A DNA stretch of 64,000 nt from Camelus dromedarius (taxonomy: Eukaryota). The stretch is taken from contig NC_087447.1 in assembly GCF_036321535.1 (NCBI RefSeq), forward strand, positions 41,852,001-41,916,000, read 5' to 3'. A model generated the notes under the pieces. It saw nothing but the letters and a program-made list of their open reading frames with translations, ran no database searches and was not told the origin of the DNA. Below are positions 1 to 13,800 of the stretch, one piece after another. The translations under genes were made by a program, and so were the position numbers. Within the stretch, counting starts at the first letter, position 1. Each line of letters starts with the position of its first letter.

Positions 1-907
1 GGGTTTATTTCATCTATTAATTTTTTATTTCAATGAGTATATTTATTTTCAAATTTTCTAATTGGGTTCTCTTCATATCTAGATTTCTCTTCTTGCTTTT
101 GCTATCATTATTTGTTCATTTTCAATTGAAATTTGCTTTCATTTATCTCTTTGAACATTCTTTATGGACTTATTACAGTTATTATTTATTTCTATAAAAT
201 TAATTTCATACTGAGTATATTCATGTTTTGATTATTGCTTTTTCTGGTTATACTTTTTAGCATTAGATTTCTCTGTATGATTTTGAGTATTGGTTTGCCA
301 CTCATTTTGAATGGGAGTTGTTTTTCTCTCCTCTTCCTGTCTCCAGGTGTTCAGTTTATTTTCACTTTCACCCTCTTTGTCCCTAGTCCAGAACCAAGGC
401 TTATTTCAGAATTTCAGTGATTCTATCACAAGTTATGTTGGAGATACAACAGAAACATTCAGTACTTTGATTCATTTTCTGGTGCTAGGCTAATGGGTTA
501 TGGCAGCTCACCTACCCTGACCACCACCCCCAAGAAGGCATTTTTCTAAAAGCCCTAGCTGAAGGTTGACTGCTGTTGTGTGTGTGCATGTGCACTTGTG
601 CGTGCCTGTGTGTTTACTAGCCTTCTTTCTTGAACCAGCTCATTGCTTGGAGGCAAGGGCTGATATGCTGCTGATCTCTGTCACTCCTTTTTAAGGTCTG
701 TAATCAGCAGGCCTGTGCTTTTAGCCAAATGTTTAAAAACCATTTCTGTTTTAATACTGGCTGGCCATTGCAGTTGTTTATCTTGTTTTTGAACTTGACT
801 GTATCTCTTTTGTTATCTTTTCATGTATTTTATATGTCCTGGCCATGTGTTTGGTGTACAGTTGGGTGACTGAAAGTTCACTGTTATGCCATCCTGATTT
901 AAAGTCG
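1..907 (-). mobile_element. Ancient L1 (L1ME/HAL1-like) 5' region, degraded
   Basis: T-rich antisense L1-like composition ending in a gccatcctg...aagtc motif that resembles the reverse complement of an L1 5' terminus. Confidence 0.45.
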
Positions 908-1174
908 CATTCCTAGGTTAGTACCTTTCAGAATAAATATATGTGCTTTAACTTCTCTTGATTCTCAGTGGACATGGAAAGGCGAAGAAAACTAAGGATT
1001 ATAAATCAAATGTTATTATTTTACTGGCCCTTTGCAATAGACAATACATAAATGGTTTCTTTATAGAGTATTGCTAAGTTGTGATTGCTTAGTTTTATTT
1101 TAAATTCTGAGTTATTCTCCATGAATTTCTGCTACCTAAGTCTTCTGAACACTGTTGTACAACGGGACATTGTT

Positions 1175-1500
1175 AACCCAGAAGTCTGAGATCCTGGAGC
1201 CTACCTGGGTGAATCTGGGCAGATTATTTCACCTTTCTATATTTGTTTCCTCCTTTATAAAACAGGTATAATAGCTGCTTTCACTATCTCATGGGGTAGT
1301 TGTGAGCATTGTGGAAGATAATAGAGTCAAATTCAACAAAGATTTACTTAGTATCTATTTGGAGAGAAATACAGTGCTAGGTTCTAAGGAAGTAATTGAA
1401 TAAAACACAGTCCTATGGTTATTAATAATATAGTGGAACATACAGCCTCTTTTATTATCAGTTGTAATACCAGATAGTCTGTGATAAGTGCTCAAATACA
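1175..1500. mobile_element. MIR fragment followed by an L2 3' fragment
   Basis: gggcagattatttcacctttct...gtttcctcctttataaaacagg...gttgtgag (MIR core), then attcaacaaagatttacttagtatctat...cagtgctagg (L2 tail). Confidence 0.6.
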
Positions 1501-2467
1501 GATATTAAACAGTGAATTAAGAGGACCTCTCCTATGAATGACTGACTTAGTTGTGCTTTTTCAAGGGACAGGTTTTCTCTTTTATATTTAATTTTTTGAT
1601 AATGTAATAATTGAAAGGAAGATTTTCCCCTCCAGGCTGCTTTTCAGAGGTTGTTACCTCTGAAATTCCAAGGATACATTCATTCTGCTATTATCCAGAT
1701 ACATTTAGACTGAGCATTTGCAGTAGAACATTTTGTTCGATTTGTTGTATTTTTTTTTCCCAAGCTACAAAGATAAACAGCTTAAGCAGATAACCATCTC
1801 TGGTTGCTGCTTCTAACAATAATATTTAGCAGCCAGTGAATATTCTGTAAGTGGCTTTCTCAGAAAGGCTGCAATAAGTAAACAAGTATACTGGGTGACT
1901 GATAGATGGTAGAATTTAAAGCTGGCCAATTGCCCATATCAGGCTAAAACATTGCTTTCCTGTTTTGGTAAATAATACTCATCTTGTTTAGACAGGTCTT
2001 ATCAAAAACAGTGTTAGCATTTCATACCACACATATTTTTTCATAAAGCTCATGAGAGCTAAAACCAACAAATTTTGAACTGCTTGAATCATTTCATTAG
2101 TTTCTTTAGATACATATTTTGGTTTGTTTCCAGATCACAAGTTATACTGTATCCTGTGTTTTGAAAAATGATAGCTTTTGTGTTGTGTTCTAGTCATTCA
2201 CTATTTACAGTAAAACTTGGGTTGTTTTTGCCATTGAAATCTCAGCCATGGATTGAATTAATACTTGGAAGCATACTGTCATTTGATCCTTGGCTGTCAA
2301 AGGATTTCATTACAAGTGTTTTGTGAAGGTTATGTACTTAATATTTGATGTGGTCTATATCAGGTACCACTGTGATTTGTGTCACTCCTTTGCAGACTTA
2401 CATTACCAGTCTAAGGGATGTAGCTATTTTTGGCACCCTTGCTTGGATCCACAAAAGAGATGGCATA

Positions 2468-2500
<33 letters not shown>
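2468..2500. repeat. (TG)n(TA)n microsatellite
   Basis: tgtgtgtgtatatatatatatatatatatatat. Confidence 0.9.
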
Positions 2501-4234
2501 TTATTTCAGGTTCAGATATTTTTTTAAATTATGTTATGTTCAAGTAACAGTGTATCACTGGAATCACCATAAACACTAGAACGTAAATTCCCACAGGGCA
2601 GGGATTTTATCTTTCTTATTCTATTTAGTGCTTGGCACATAGTGGTTGGTCAATAAACTAATTGAATTAATTACCATCAGCCCGAGGGCTTACAGAATGC
2701 TCCCATTGCTTATAGAAATACTGACACATGGGCCCTGGATCCTATTCTTCAGTAATGCCATCTGTCTGGTCCCTATAGTATCCCACCCTTTATGTCTCAG
2801 GTGAGAAGCTTTTTTTGTTCTATTCATCAACTGCTTACTAGAACCCTTATATAATAATAGCAATTACAGTAGTAATGGAGGTACTATTGATTGCTAGCAT
2901 ATCTGAGTACCAGCTGTGTGACAGGCCAAAGGTTTTGTAACAGTGTTAATTAATCATTTACATTGTCCAGGTAGTATGCTGAACAATTTACATGCATTAT
3001 ATCATTTAATTTTATCGGTAAAATATGTGTTCAAGAAAAACTGAAGTTCAGAGAAACTAGGAAACGTCACCAAAATCATAACCTAATTTAGGGCCAGAAT
3101 CAGTTCTTTTCTATCTGGTGCCAAAGGCCATGAGATTGTCACGTTCAGCCTTCTTTATGAATCTGTTTTCAGTATATCTGATAATTTCCATCTAGCTTCT
3201 GGTTTAATATGTCCAGTAGGCATTTTAATTTTTTTAGAGATAGTTAATTCTCTTTGACAGCTGTAATTATTAAAAGGTTCTTCATAATATTAAGGAAATA
3301 TTGATATATCCTTTTGTAACTTTTAAATTATTGTCTTAATAAAATCTTTCAGGCATATCCAAAATAGAATGAATCTATACGTATTAACATTGGCTATATT
3401 TAGCAAATTGTGTTTAATTATATGTATAAATAACATTTGCTTGGCTTTAAGCAAAAAAATTCTTTTTAGATGGGTTTAAAAATGTAAACGATGTTAAAAA
3501 AAAAACTCTAGAGAGCTTAATGGACATATTTAAAAATTTCTGTGTCCTTTATCTAGTCTAGATGTGTATCCATATCTAGTAAACAGAGATAGGTAATGGA
3601 ATTCAGAGCAAATGTTCTTTAATCAGCCTAAATGAAATCACATAAAATACTGATTAAAAATAGGTAAAAGGGATTGTAGTATAAGAAATACACACCTATC
3701 ATAACCTTTAAGAGATAGTAAAATCTGCACAGTAAAGAGTCAATTATAGTTAAGTCACATATGAAAGTTTTATAAAATTTTAAGAACATTTTGTTTCTAA
3801 TTTTTGTTTTTTAATCTTCTTTTGTTGGTCTAACTAGTTCGTTTTATTTTTAGTCCCCCTCTAGGTTGTTGATGACACGGTTAGCTGTGTTCTTGTTAGA
3901 CCATCATTTCCTTTAGATGGACCTTTCTAAGAATATTGGTTTAGACATCATTTCACCATCTATGTTTTTAATATTTACTATGAGTCATGTAGAGTGCTAA
4001 TAAGCATTGGACAAGGCATAGTTATAGGTGGGATTCTTGCTTTAGTGTTTTTTTTCCATAATATACATAGAAAAGTTAAAACATCAAAACAGACAACAGT
4101 GAACTCCCATGTACTCATCATCCAGCTACAATAGTCAATAACTTTGGGTCACTCTTTTTTCATCTTTAAGCCCTGTCAACTCACCAGCCTCACACCCTCC
4201 CAAAGCAACCTCCCAAAACAAACCTAAGATGTTG

Positions 4235-4317
4235 TATTAATTGGACCATATGAAATTGTCTCTATCCATCCTTTTTTTGACCTACAAAATGATAATTCCA
4301 TATGGTTCAACTTAATA
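4235..4317. mobile_element. MADE2-like mariner MITE (~80 bp palindrome) inside an old L1 3'UTR
   Basis: Inverted ends tattaattggaccatatgaaatt ... aattccatatggttcaacttaata, TA-flanked. Confidence 0.75.
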
Positions 4318-4739
4318 TCATTTCATTCATAAATATTTTAGTATGTATTTCTAAAAGAGAAGACATCTTTTTGTTTAAAAATATACCCATAATGTTATCA
4401 TATCTAAAAAATAATAACTTATTAATTTCATGAAATATCCAACAGTCTTCTGTGTATTGCTCTTTGACTATGTTTTAGATACTTGAATCAGTTTCTCAAG
4501 GTCCAGATATTGCTTTTAGTTGATAGGCTTCTTAAATCTTTCTTAATTGATAGTTTTCTTCTTTCCCTGATTTTCCTCTCAAGTCATTTGTTAAAGAAAT
4601 TGCTATCCCTTAATTTCAACTTAAAGAATTTGATAATTTTAATAATTAAAATTACTAAAATTGTTATTTTAATTTTTAATTTCAGTTTCATGAGGAATAT
4701 GGGAAACACATAAGTATAACTCAATATATAAAAGCCTTC

Positions 4740-5381
4740 TTTTTATTGAAGTGTAGTTGATTTATAATACTAGTTTCAGGTGTATAACATAGTGATTCAA
4801 TATTTTTATAGATTATACTCCATCCATTTAAAGTTATTATAAAATATTGGCTATATTCTCTGTGTAGTACAATCTATCCCTGTAGCTTATTTATTTTATA
4901 GGTTATTAGATACATCTCTTAATCCTATACTCCTATTTAGCCTCTCCCCCTTTCCGTCTCCCCACTGGTGACCACTAGTTCTCTATGAGTCTGTTTCTGT
5001 TTTGTTATGTTCATTTGTTTGTTTTAGCTTTTAGATTCCAGATATAAGTGGTAATGTACAGTATTGTCTTTTTCTGTCTGACTTAGTTTTCACTAAGCAT
5101 AATATTGTTGGTGGGAATGGAAATTGGTATAACCACTGTGGAGAACAGTATGGAAATTCTGCAAAAAATCTAAAAGTGAAACTACCATATGACCCAGCAA
5201 TTCCACTCATGGGTATGTATCCAAAGGAAACGAAAACACTAATTTGAAAAAATAAATGCACCCCAGTGCATCGAGATAAATGGATAAAGAAGATGTGAGA
5301 TACATCTATATATCTATGTGCGTGCACACACATACATACAATGGAATATTACTGAGCCATAAAAAAGAATGAAATTCTGCC
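4740..5381 (-). mobile_element. 5'-truncated, 5'-inverted L1
   Basis: 4740-5103 is an antisense L1 3' end; 5104-5381 is the adjacent upstream ORF2 segment in sense orientation. Confidence 0.85.
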
Positions 5382-5899
5382 CTTTCCTACTTTATTTTTC
5401 TCAAGGTAACCTGTATTGAGTAGTTACTACATGACTAGGCACTGTTCTGAGCATTTTCATATTCACCACAACCCTATGAAGAAGGCATTATTACCCCATT
5501 TTATAATACCTGAAGTTGCTCAGACCCCAAACCTAAATCCCATTCTGATTCTCTTCTTTCCCTTATTTGCCACATTCATCCCATTAGCTGCATTTTTAAA
5601 ATAATCCATTAATTTTTCTCCATCACCAACACTATAAGCACAATCCTAGCTGCCATCTTCTCTCTCCTGGATGATTGCTGTAGCCTTGAAAAGGTAATAT
5701 TTATGTTCATGGTGAAAATTAAAAAGATTAAAAAGTGAAATGTCTCCTCTATTCTGACTGTCCAGAGGTAGTTGCTTGGGTTTTACTTCAGAGATAATTC
5801 TGTTAATGTCCAGCTATACATGTTTGCCTATCTGGAGCAAATGCTGTCATTGCCCTGTCCTTTTTTCCTCAGTGCCCTGCCTATAATGAGCATCTTCCA

Positions 5900-6312
5900 T
5901 GTCTATGCATGTTGTCCTGACTTCTCACTGCCAGCACCTATGAAATTTAGCTTGAGGGCTTTCTTTGTCCTCTGGAGCCTGCTTTGCACCTGTAGATTGG
6001 CAGGCTAAAGCTGTAGGGAATTTGTGCCCCATAGGAGCAGCTTTCAATTGATGACTGACAGAAATTGAGGGAAAAACTTCTAGCTTCCTTGCCCCTAAAG
6101 AGGGATGACTCTAATACATGTCCTACATTGTTTGTCAGAATTCCTCACCATGGTTGAACTCTAGTTCCCACAGCTGGAGCCTACTCATTAGTGTACACCG
6201 TGGCTGCCTTCTCTTTCCTACTTCCCTACCACAGTTTCCTGGGATTATTTCCCAAACTACTTGCATTAAAATCCTTACTTTACAGGTTGCTTCTAGGAAA
6301 ACCATAGCATAA
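5900..6312 (+). mobile_element. Solo LTR, LTR16-like (ERVL)
   Basis: gagcagctttcaattgatgactgacagaaattg ... cctgggattatttcccaaactacttgcattaaaatcctt...ggttgcttctaggaaaacc resembles the LTR16 3' end. Confidence 0.6.
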
Positions 6313-6489
6313 ATTGTGGCACACTTAACATCTGTTCCCCCTACCCCATCCCACCCCACCCCAAGTAATCAGAGACCTCTGGGAAAAAAAATTCTGTTTA
6401 TTGGGCCTTAAACACACCAATTTGGCCATGTTTATTTTTTTATTCTCATAGGGAGCTGCTGGGGTTAATAGAATTTTATCTATTATTCT

Positions 6490-8830
6490 TTAAAATTTTT
6501 TTATTGTTTAAGTTATTATGCAGTAAAATTGACATTTTTTTAAATGTAGTTTACAGCGCTATGTATTTTAACATTTGTTTAGATCTGTATAACCACTACT
6601 ACCATCGGGATTCAAGATGGTTACATCACTTCAGCAAACTTCGTCTGTTGTCCCTTTATTGTTACACCTCCCACCACTTATAACCCCTGGCAACCACTGA
6701 TATGTTCATCATTACTGTAGTTTTTAATCTATAGATGATTTTGGTGAAAATTGACATCTTTAATATGATGAATCTTCTGACACTGTATGTCTTTCTGTTT
6801 TTTAGGTCTTTGATTTCTTTCATCAGTGCCAAAATTTGTCAGATTTATAAGGAAGTATTTCTGATAGTAATGTCTGTATGGATCTGTACATGTGTGGCAG
6901 AGGGACTGTGACAGATGAGCCCTTTCCTTGTTAGTTTTCCTTGAAGCTGACAGGGGATTCCTAATCCAGGGAATATCCTTATGTCAACTTCATCATCCAT
7001 GGCTGGCAAAAGGAGTGGTGGGGTAGGTGGGGAGTAAGTAAGGCCCTGGTGAATATGGGGTCTGAAAAGAGGTTCCAGGGAGGCCCAACTCTGGTCCTAG
7101 GAGGGTAAACATGGGAATATGTCCCAGCTGCACTTACCCCTTCCTTCAAGTGCAGCAAGAACCACTAGGATCTTGTCATTGCATTCTGAATAAAGCTCCA
7201 TGAGCTGGTTTGGACAGGGGCAGAGAGACATAAAAGCAAAAATAAACAAATGGGACCTAATTAAACTTACAAGCTTTTGCACAGCAAAAGAAACCATAAG
7301 CAAAACAAAAAGACAACCTACAGAATGGGGAAAAATATTTGCAAAAGATGAGACTGAGAAGGGCTTAATCTCCAGTATATTTAAACAGCTCATATAACTT
7401 AATAAGAAAACAAGCAACCCAATCTAAAAATGGGCAGAAGACCTAAACAAGTAATTCTCCAATGAAGAAATACGAATGGCCAATAGGCACATGAAAAAAT
7501 GCTCAATACTGCTAATTATCAGAGAGATGCAAATCAAAACTATAATGAGGTATCACCTCACACCAATCAGAATGGCCATCATGAAAAAATCCACAAACTA
7601 TAAATGCTGGAGAGACTGGAGAAAAGGGAACCCTCCTACAGTGTTGGTGGGAATGTAGCGAACTCTTGTACACTTTTGGTGGTGCAGCCATTATGGAAAA
7701 CAGTATGGAGATTCCTCAAAAGACTAAAAATAGACTTACCCTATGAACCAGTAATCCCACTCCTGGGCATATATATACAGAGGGAACCTTAATTCAAAAA
7801 GACACACACACCCCAGTGTTCATAGCACTATTTACAATAGCCAAGACATGGAAACAACCTTAATGTCTGTCGACAGATGACTGGATAAAGAAGCTGTGGT
7901 ATATTTAAACAATGGAATACTACTCAGCCATAAAAAGTAACAAAATAATGCCATTTGCAGCAAAATGGATGAACCTAGAGAATGTCATTTTAAGTGAAGT
8001 AACCCAGAAAGAGAAAGAAAAATACCACATGATATCACTTATATGTGGAATCTAAGAAAGAGAGAGAGAGAAAGAAAGAAAAGAAAGACAGACAGACAGA
8101 CTAACTTTAATACAAAACAGAAACAGACTCACAGACATAGAAAACAAACTGATGGTTACCAGAGGAGGAAGGGGGTGAGAAGGGATAAATTAGGAGTTCG
8201 AGATTTGCAGATACTAATATATATATAATAGATAAACAACAAGTTTATACTGTATAGCACCGGGAGCCATATTCAATATTTTGTATCCTATGGTGAAGAA
8301 GAGTATGAGAACGAATGTATGTATGTTCCTTTCTGACTGAAGTATTGTGCTGTAGACCAGAAATTGATACAACATTGTAAACTGACAGTACTTCAATAAA
8401 AATATATTTTAAAAAAATGCTACTTTAAAAATTTTTGGTTTCATGTTGTTCATTGATAGCATATAGAAATGTAAGTGATTTTTGTGTGTTAACCTTGTAT
8501 CCTGCAATTTTTTTTCCATATTAGCTCTAGGAACATTTTTTTTAGAATTCCTGGGATTTTCTGTATAAACAGTCTTGTCATCTGCAAAATGGGGCAGTTT
8601 TATTCCTTCTTTCTAGTCCATATGTCTTTTCTTGCCAGAAAGGTGAATGTACATATCCTTGCATTGTTCCTGTTCATAAGTAGATAGCATTTCATCTTTC
8701 ACCATTGACTATGATGTCAGCTGTAGGTTTATTACTCATGCCCTTTATCTGGTTGAAGAAGTTCCCTTCTGTTCCTAGGGTGCTGAGTGAGAATTTTTAT
8801 GCTGATGGATGTTGTTGCATTCGTTTTTTG
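6490..8830 (-). mobile_element. Old L1 fragments (6490-6830 and 8418-8830) interrupted by a younger insertion
   Basis: Antisense L1 3'UTR/ORF2 motifs (ggcaaccactgat, attgacatctttaat, ttaaccttgtatcctgc, gaagaagttcccttct). Confidence 0.7.
7219..8417 (+). mobile_element. Young 5'-truncated L1 (ORF2 C-terminus, 3'UTR, A-rich tail)
   Basis: Track ORFs 7200..7792 give L1 ORF2 peptides ([44 protein letters not shown]); AATAAA at ~8395. Confidence 0.93.
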
Positions 8831-10849
8831 CTTTTTATGTGAGGCTATATTATGGGATAGCAGGCCTTTGACTTCTGTTTCCTTTAAGTGGAAAACCATT
8901 CATTCTCAAGTTTACCTTCTTCCTTGGGCTATTATGAAGTACTTTAAAGGACAAGAATGCAAATGACTGTTTCATACATGATGTAATCTTTTAAGTTTAA
9001 ATTTCATATAATATGAGCCACATTATGTGTAGGTGTTTTGAAGTAGTCAGTTGAAAACAAGGTTTCACTGGTTTTAAATGTCATGGTAATAGAACTATAA
9101 GTGGAAAAGCCCCAAATGATAGCATTACTTCCATTTTTGTTATCCAGGAAATTAGTTAAATTCCTATGTATAAACAATGTTTATAAACTGGAAAGGAAGA
9201 GGAACTCGCCTTATTTCCTCCATTTAAGCACTAAAATTTATTCTAAGAAAACAAATTTTTATGACTGTTGATTTCCATTTTTTCAGTTAAAGGTATATGT
9301 ATCTATAACTGTCCCTGAGCCATTATACATGAGTATTTCTGAGTCTTACAGGGCAACGAGCTTCAGGAAGTGAGCAGATTTGTTGGGTCTAAAAGATTTT
9401 TAAATGCAACCCTCTTTACTGACTAGAATCTTAATTTCCCCATAAAATATACAAAGCCCTGATGATTTGACTAATCTTTTCTTAGAAGCTGTTTATAAGA
9501 TTTCAACTTCATTATAATCTTAATAAGTTCTACCTTAGAGGCTAAATAGAATATGACATGCCTATATTAAAAAGCAAAACTAAGTATTTGTGGTAAAATA
9601 TTGACAGTGAATGTAGATAAGAAAAGATGGATTTTATTGCACTATTTGAACTAAACCTGAATATTTATATACTCACATACATACATACATATATAAATAG
9701 TGTGGCAATATTTGGAAGAAAACACGTAAAGCTATTAATAATGACTTACATTGCTGGAGGTGAAAGGTAGAATGTCCATATTACTGGGTTGGGCAGCACA
9801 AATTTGAACTTTTTCTTTACAAACATCAGTAATGTTTTGATTTTTAACACCAAAACTAAATTAATATTTGTTTAAAAATTTTAAGTAATGTGAATTTTTG
9901 TTCATTTGCCCCTTGAAGCAACAATGCTGTGAATTGGTTAGAGTGTAGAGAAGAATCAAGTTGAAATTATTTTGAAGGGAGTAGTTGGATGTAGGTAGGT
10001 AATAATACTAGCAGCAAAAATAATAGCAACAGCTACTGTTTATTGAATGTTTACTCTTTACTGGGTACAGTTTTTAAACATTTTAGGTGCATAAAATAGT
10101 TTTTACAAAAGCCACACAGGGTACATCAGTGTATTTCCATTTTAAATATTTGAAAATTGTTTCTGGGACCCGGCTCACACAGTTAAATATGGTAGTACTG
10201 AAATTTGAATATAGGTCAGTTTTACCCAAGAATCCTAAGTCTTAACCACAGTGATGGAGCCTTAGTAATAAAAATGGAGAAGAAATAGGAAAATACTGTT
10301 TCTAAAGACATAGCTCTGGAACTGGCTGACATGGTCTGATCAGTGGTGTATAGGACCACTGGGCAGAGGGCTTGACCTTGGATTCAAACAAAAAAGGACC
10401 CTATTTCTCATGAGACCAAAATGAGCCTTTAGGAAATAGCATCGAATGGAAGTGTCTAAACGAGATGAGCTACCCAGAAGTTCTGTATCTCCAGTGGTTC
10501 ATTCCCTAGGACAGATGTCTAAGGATTAGAAAGGGTGAATTGTAAGCAGATAACTAAGTTGCCTGTGATTTATCTGTTAAGTCACTTAAGGAAGTACTTA
10601 ATCCTATAGATATAAATATATGTAAAGTAACATTTACCTGTGTGGGTGTCTTACTGAGGTGGCAATTAGAGGTGGCTTGTAAGCAGCAATAGACCAGGGA
10701 ACCTAGTATGCAGGGGGAAGATCTTCTGCTTAGGGATCGTCTCCATTAACATGTTGCTTCATTATCCTTTGCTTTTAGAACACGTAATAACAAATTATAC
10801 TTTCCTTGAGCAAGTGTTAAAATTTCCCATTGATGGGAGGAGATGAGTT

Positions 10850-13800
10850 GTCCTCATATGTGTGGGTTTATTTTTAGACTGTTTTGTTCCATTAATCTAT
10901 TTACCTATATTTACTCCAGTACCACACTGCTTTTTATTATTTACTCTGGTTTTATCACAATTCTTGAAATCAGGTAGTTTTAGTTCTCCAGTTTGTCTTT
11001 TTCAAAGTTGTTTAGGCTATTATATGTCCTTTACATTTCAATGGGAATTTTAAATTCAGTTTTACAGTTTCTCCCACAAACAAAATCCTGCTGACATTTG
11101 GATTGAAATTGCATTGAATCTATAGATTTGCTCAAATATAGATCAATTTGGAAAGTTGACAGCTTAATAATATTGAGTTGTCCAACCCTTAGACAAGGTA
11201 TATCTTCCTATTTATTTAAGTCTTCTTTAGTTTTTCAGCAGTATTTTGTAGTTCAGTATACAGGTCTTTCGTATCTTCTGACTTAATATCCCTGTTTCAT
11301 ATTTTTGATGTACTTGTAAATGATACTCTTATTTTAATTTCTGCTTGTTCACTCTCAGTATGTAGAAATGCAGTTGATTTTTGTGTATTCATCCTACAGC
11401 CTTATTAATCATCACATATTAGTTCTAGATACTTTCTGTAGATTTTTCACATTGACAATCATATTGTCTATGAATTAGGAATTTTATTTCTTCTTTTCAA
11501 ATCTGTAAACCTTCCATTCCTTCCTCCTTCCCTCACTTCATCTGATCGCTCCAGCTAGAACCTGCAGTACAAACTGGAATAGATGTGATAATACTGGACA
11601 TGCCTGTCTTGTTTCTGATCTTAGCAGGAAAGCATTCAGGTTTTAAACTTGAAGTAAGTTAGCTGTAAGTTTTGCACAGATGTCTTTTACCTGGTTAAGG
11701 AAATTCACTTTACTCCTATTATGCTCAGAGTTTTTAACAAATCCTTCTGAACTTTGTCAAATGCTTTTTCTGCTTCTATCAAAATGATCATATTGTTTTT
11801 CCTTTTTAGTTTATTATATTTTCTTATGTAAACATGTTAAAATGATGGCTTACGTTGATTGTTTTTCAAATGTAAACCAACGCTCTATTCTTGGGATGAA
11901 TCCCACTCCCACTTGGGTCACGATGTATTAGCCTTTTACTATATTCAGTTTGCTAAAAAAAATTTGTTAAAGAATTTTTGCAACTATATTCATGAGGGTT
12001 ATTGGTAGTTTTCTTATAACGTCTTTGTCGGGTTTTGATATCAGGGTAATACTGGCCTCATAGAATGAATTGAGAAGTATTCTGTCCTTTTCAAAATTTT
12101 GGAATAGTTTCTGTAGAATTGCTACTGCTATTGATTCCTTAAATGTTTAGTAGAATTTGCCAATAAAATCATCTAGTAGTTTTCATTATGGAGAGGTTTT
12201 TAACTAAAGTTTCAATTTCTTTGATAAATGGAGGGTTTTTTAGGCTATTTCTTCATGAGTGAGCTTGGGTAGTTTATGTTTTTCATAGAATTTATTTATT
12301 TCATCTAATTGTTAAGTTCATTTGCAAAAAGTTATCTATAATATTCCCTTCTGATCTTTTTAATATCTGTAGAATCTCTAGTGACATCATCTCTCTCATT
12401 CCTGATACTGGCAGTTTGTGTTTTTATGATCAGTCTGGGTAGAAGTTTATCAAGTTTTTTGATCTTCTCAAAGAACCAACTGTTACAGTCATTACTTTTT
12501 TCTATTGTGTCTGTTCTCTATTTCATTGATTTTTGTTTTGATTTCTGTTATTTTCTTTTTTTCTGTTTACTTTGAATTTAATTTCTATTTTTTATCTAGT
12601 TCTTAATGTAGAAGCTGAGACCTTTCTTCTTTTCTATTTTAAGTGCTATCACTTAAGTCCTGCTTTTGTAGCATCCCACAAATTCTGATAGGTTGTCTTC
12701 ATTTTCATTGAGTTTAAAGTATTTTCTAATTTCACTTTTGATTTCTTTTTCTACCCAGGAGTTATTTAGAAATGTGTCATTTAGTTTATAAATATTGTGG
12801 ATTTTCCAGAGATCTGTTTTTGATTTCTAATTTATTTCTCTTGTGATATGAAAACATAATTTTTATGATTTGAATCATTTTAAATTTATTGCAACTTATT
12901 TTATGGCCCAGAATATACTCTATCTTGGTAAATGTTCCAAGCATGCCTGAAAAGAATGTGTATTCTGCTGCTGTTTGTATGGAGTGTTTTGTAAACATCA
13001 GTTAGGTCAAGCTTGGTTGGTAGTATTGTTCAAATCTTCCACATTCTTAGTATATTTTTGTCTACTTGTTTTGCCAATTATTAAGAGAGAGATTTTGAAA
13101 TATTTGCTTAAATAGAGGAAATTTGTGTCTTTTTACTTGCAGATCTATCTGATTTATTTAATGTATTTTGAAGATCTTTATTGGGGCATAAATATTTAGG
13201 ATTTTATGTCTCCTTGATGAATTGGCCCATATATCATTGTAAAATGCCTTTTTTGTTGCTGTTAACATTCTTTGCTCTGAAGTCTACATTGATGTTAATA
13301 TAGCCACCCCAGCTTTCTTTTGGTTAATATTAGCATAAGATGTCTGTTTTCCATCCTTTTTCTTTTAACTTCTTTTGGTCTTTATATTTAAAGGGTTTCT
13401 TGCAGGAAGCTTGTAGTTGCGTCTTGCTTTTTATTCATACTCAGGGTCTCAGTCATTGATTATTAATAAAGTTAAGCGTGACTCTTCTATTTACTGTTTG
13501 TTTCTTATTCATCTCGTTGGCCTTTTCTTCCCCTTTATTTTCTACTTTTAGATTGTTTTTCTTGATTATTCATTTTATTTCCCTTGTTGGCTTATTAGTT
13601 TTAACTCTTTGTTTTGTTATTTTTCAGGCTTGTACATCTTTAACTTGTGGTAAATTTAACTTACCACACTGTACTGTCAAGTAATATTATAGTATATGAA
13701 CCATACAGTGCTACTGTACTCTTCCATTTTCCCCTCCTGACTTTTGTACAGTTGTTGACATACATTTTACTTCTATGTATACTATAAACTGCATGCCACC

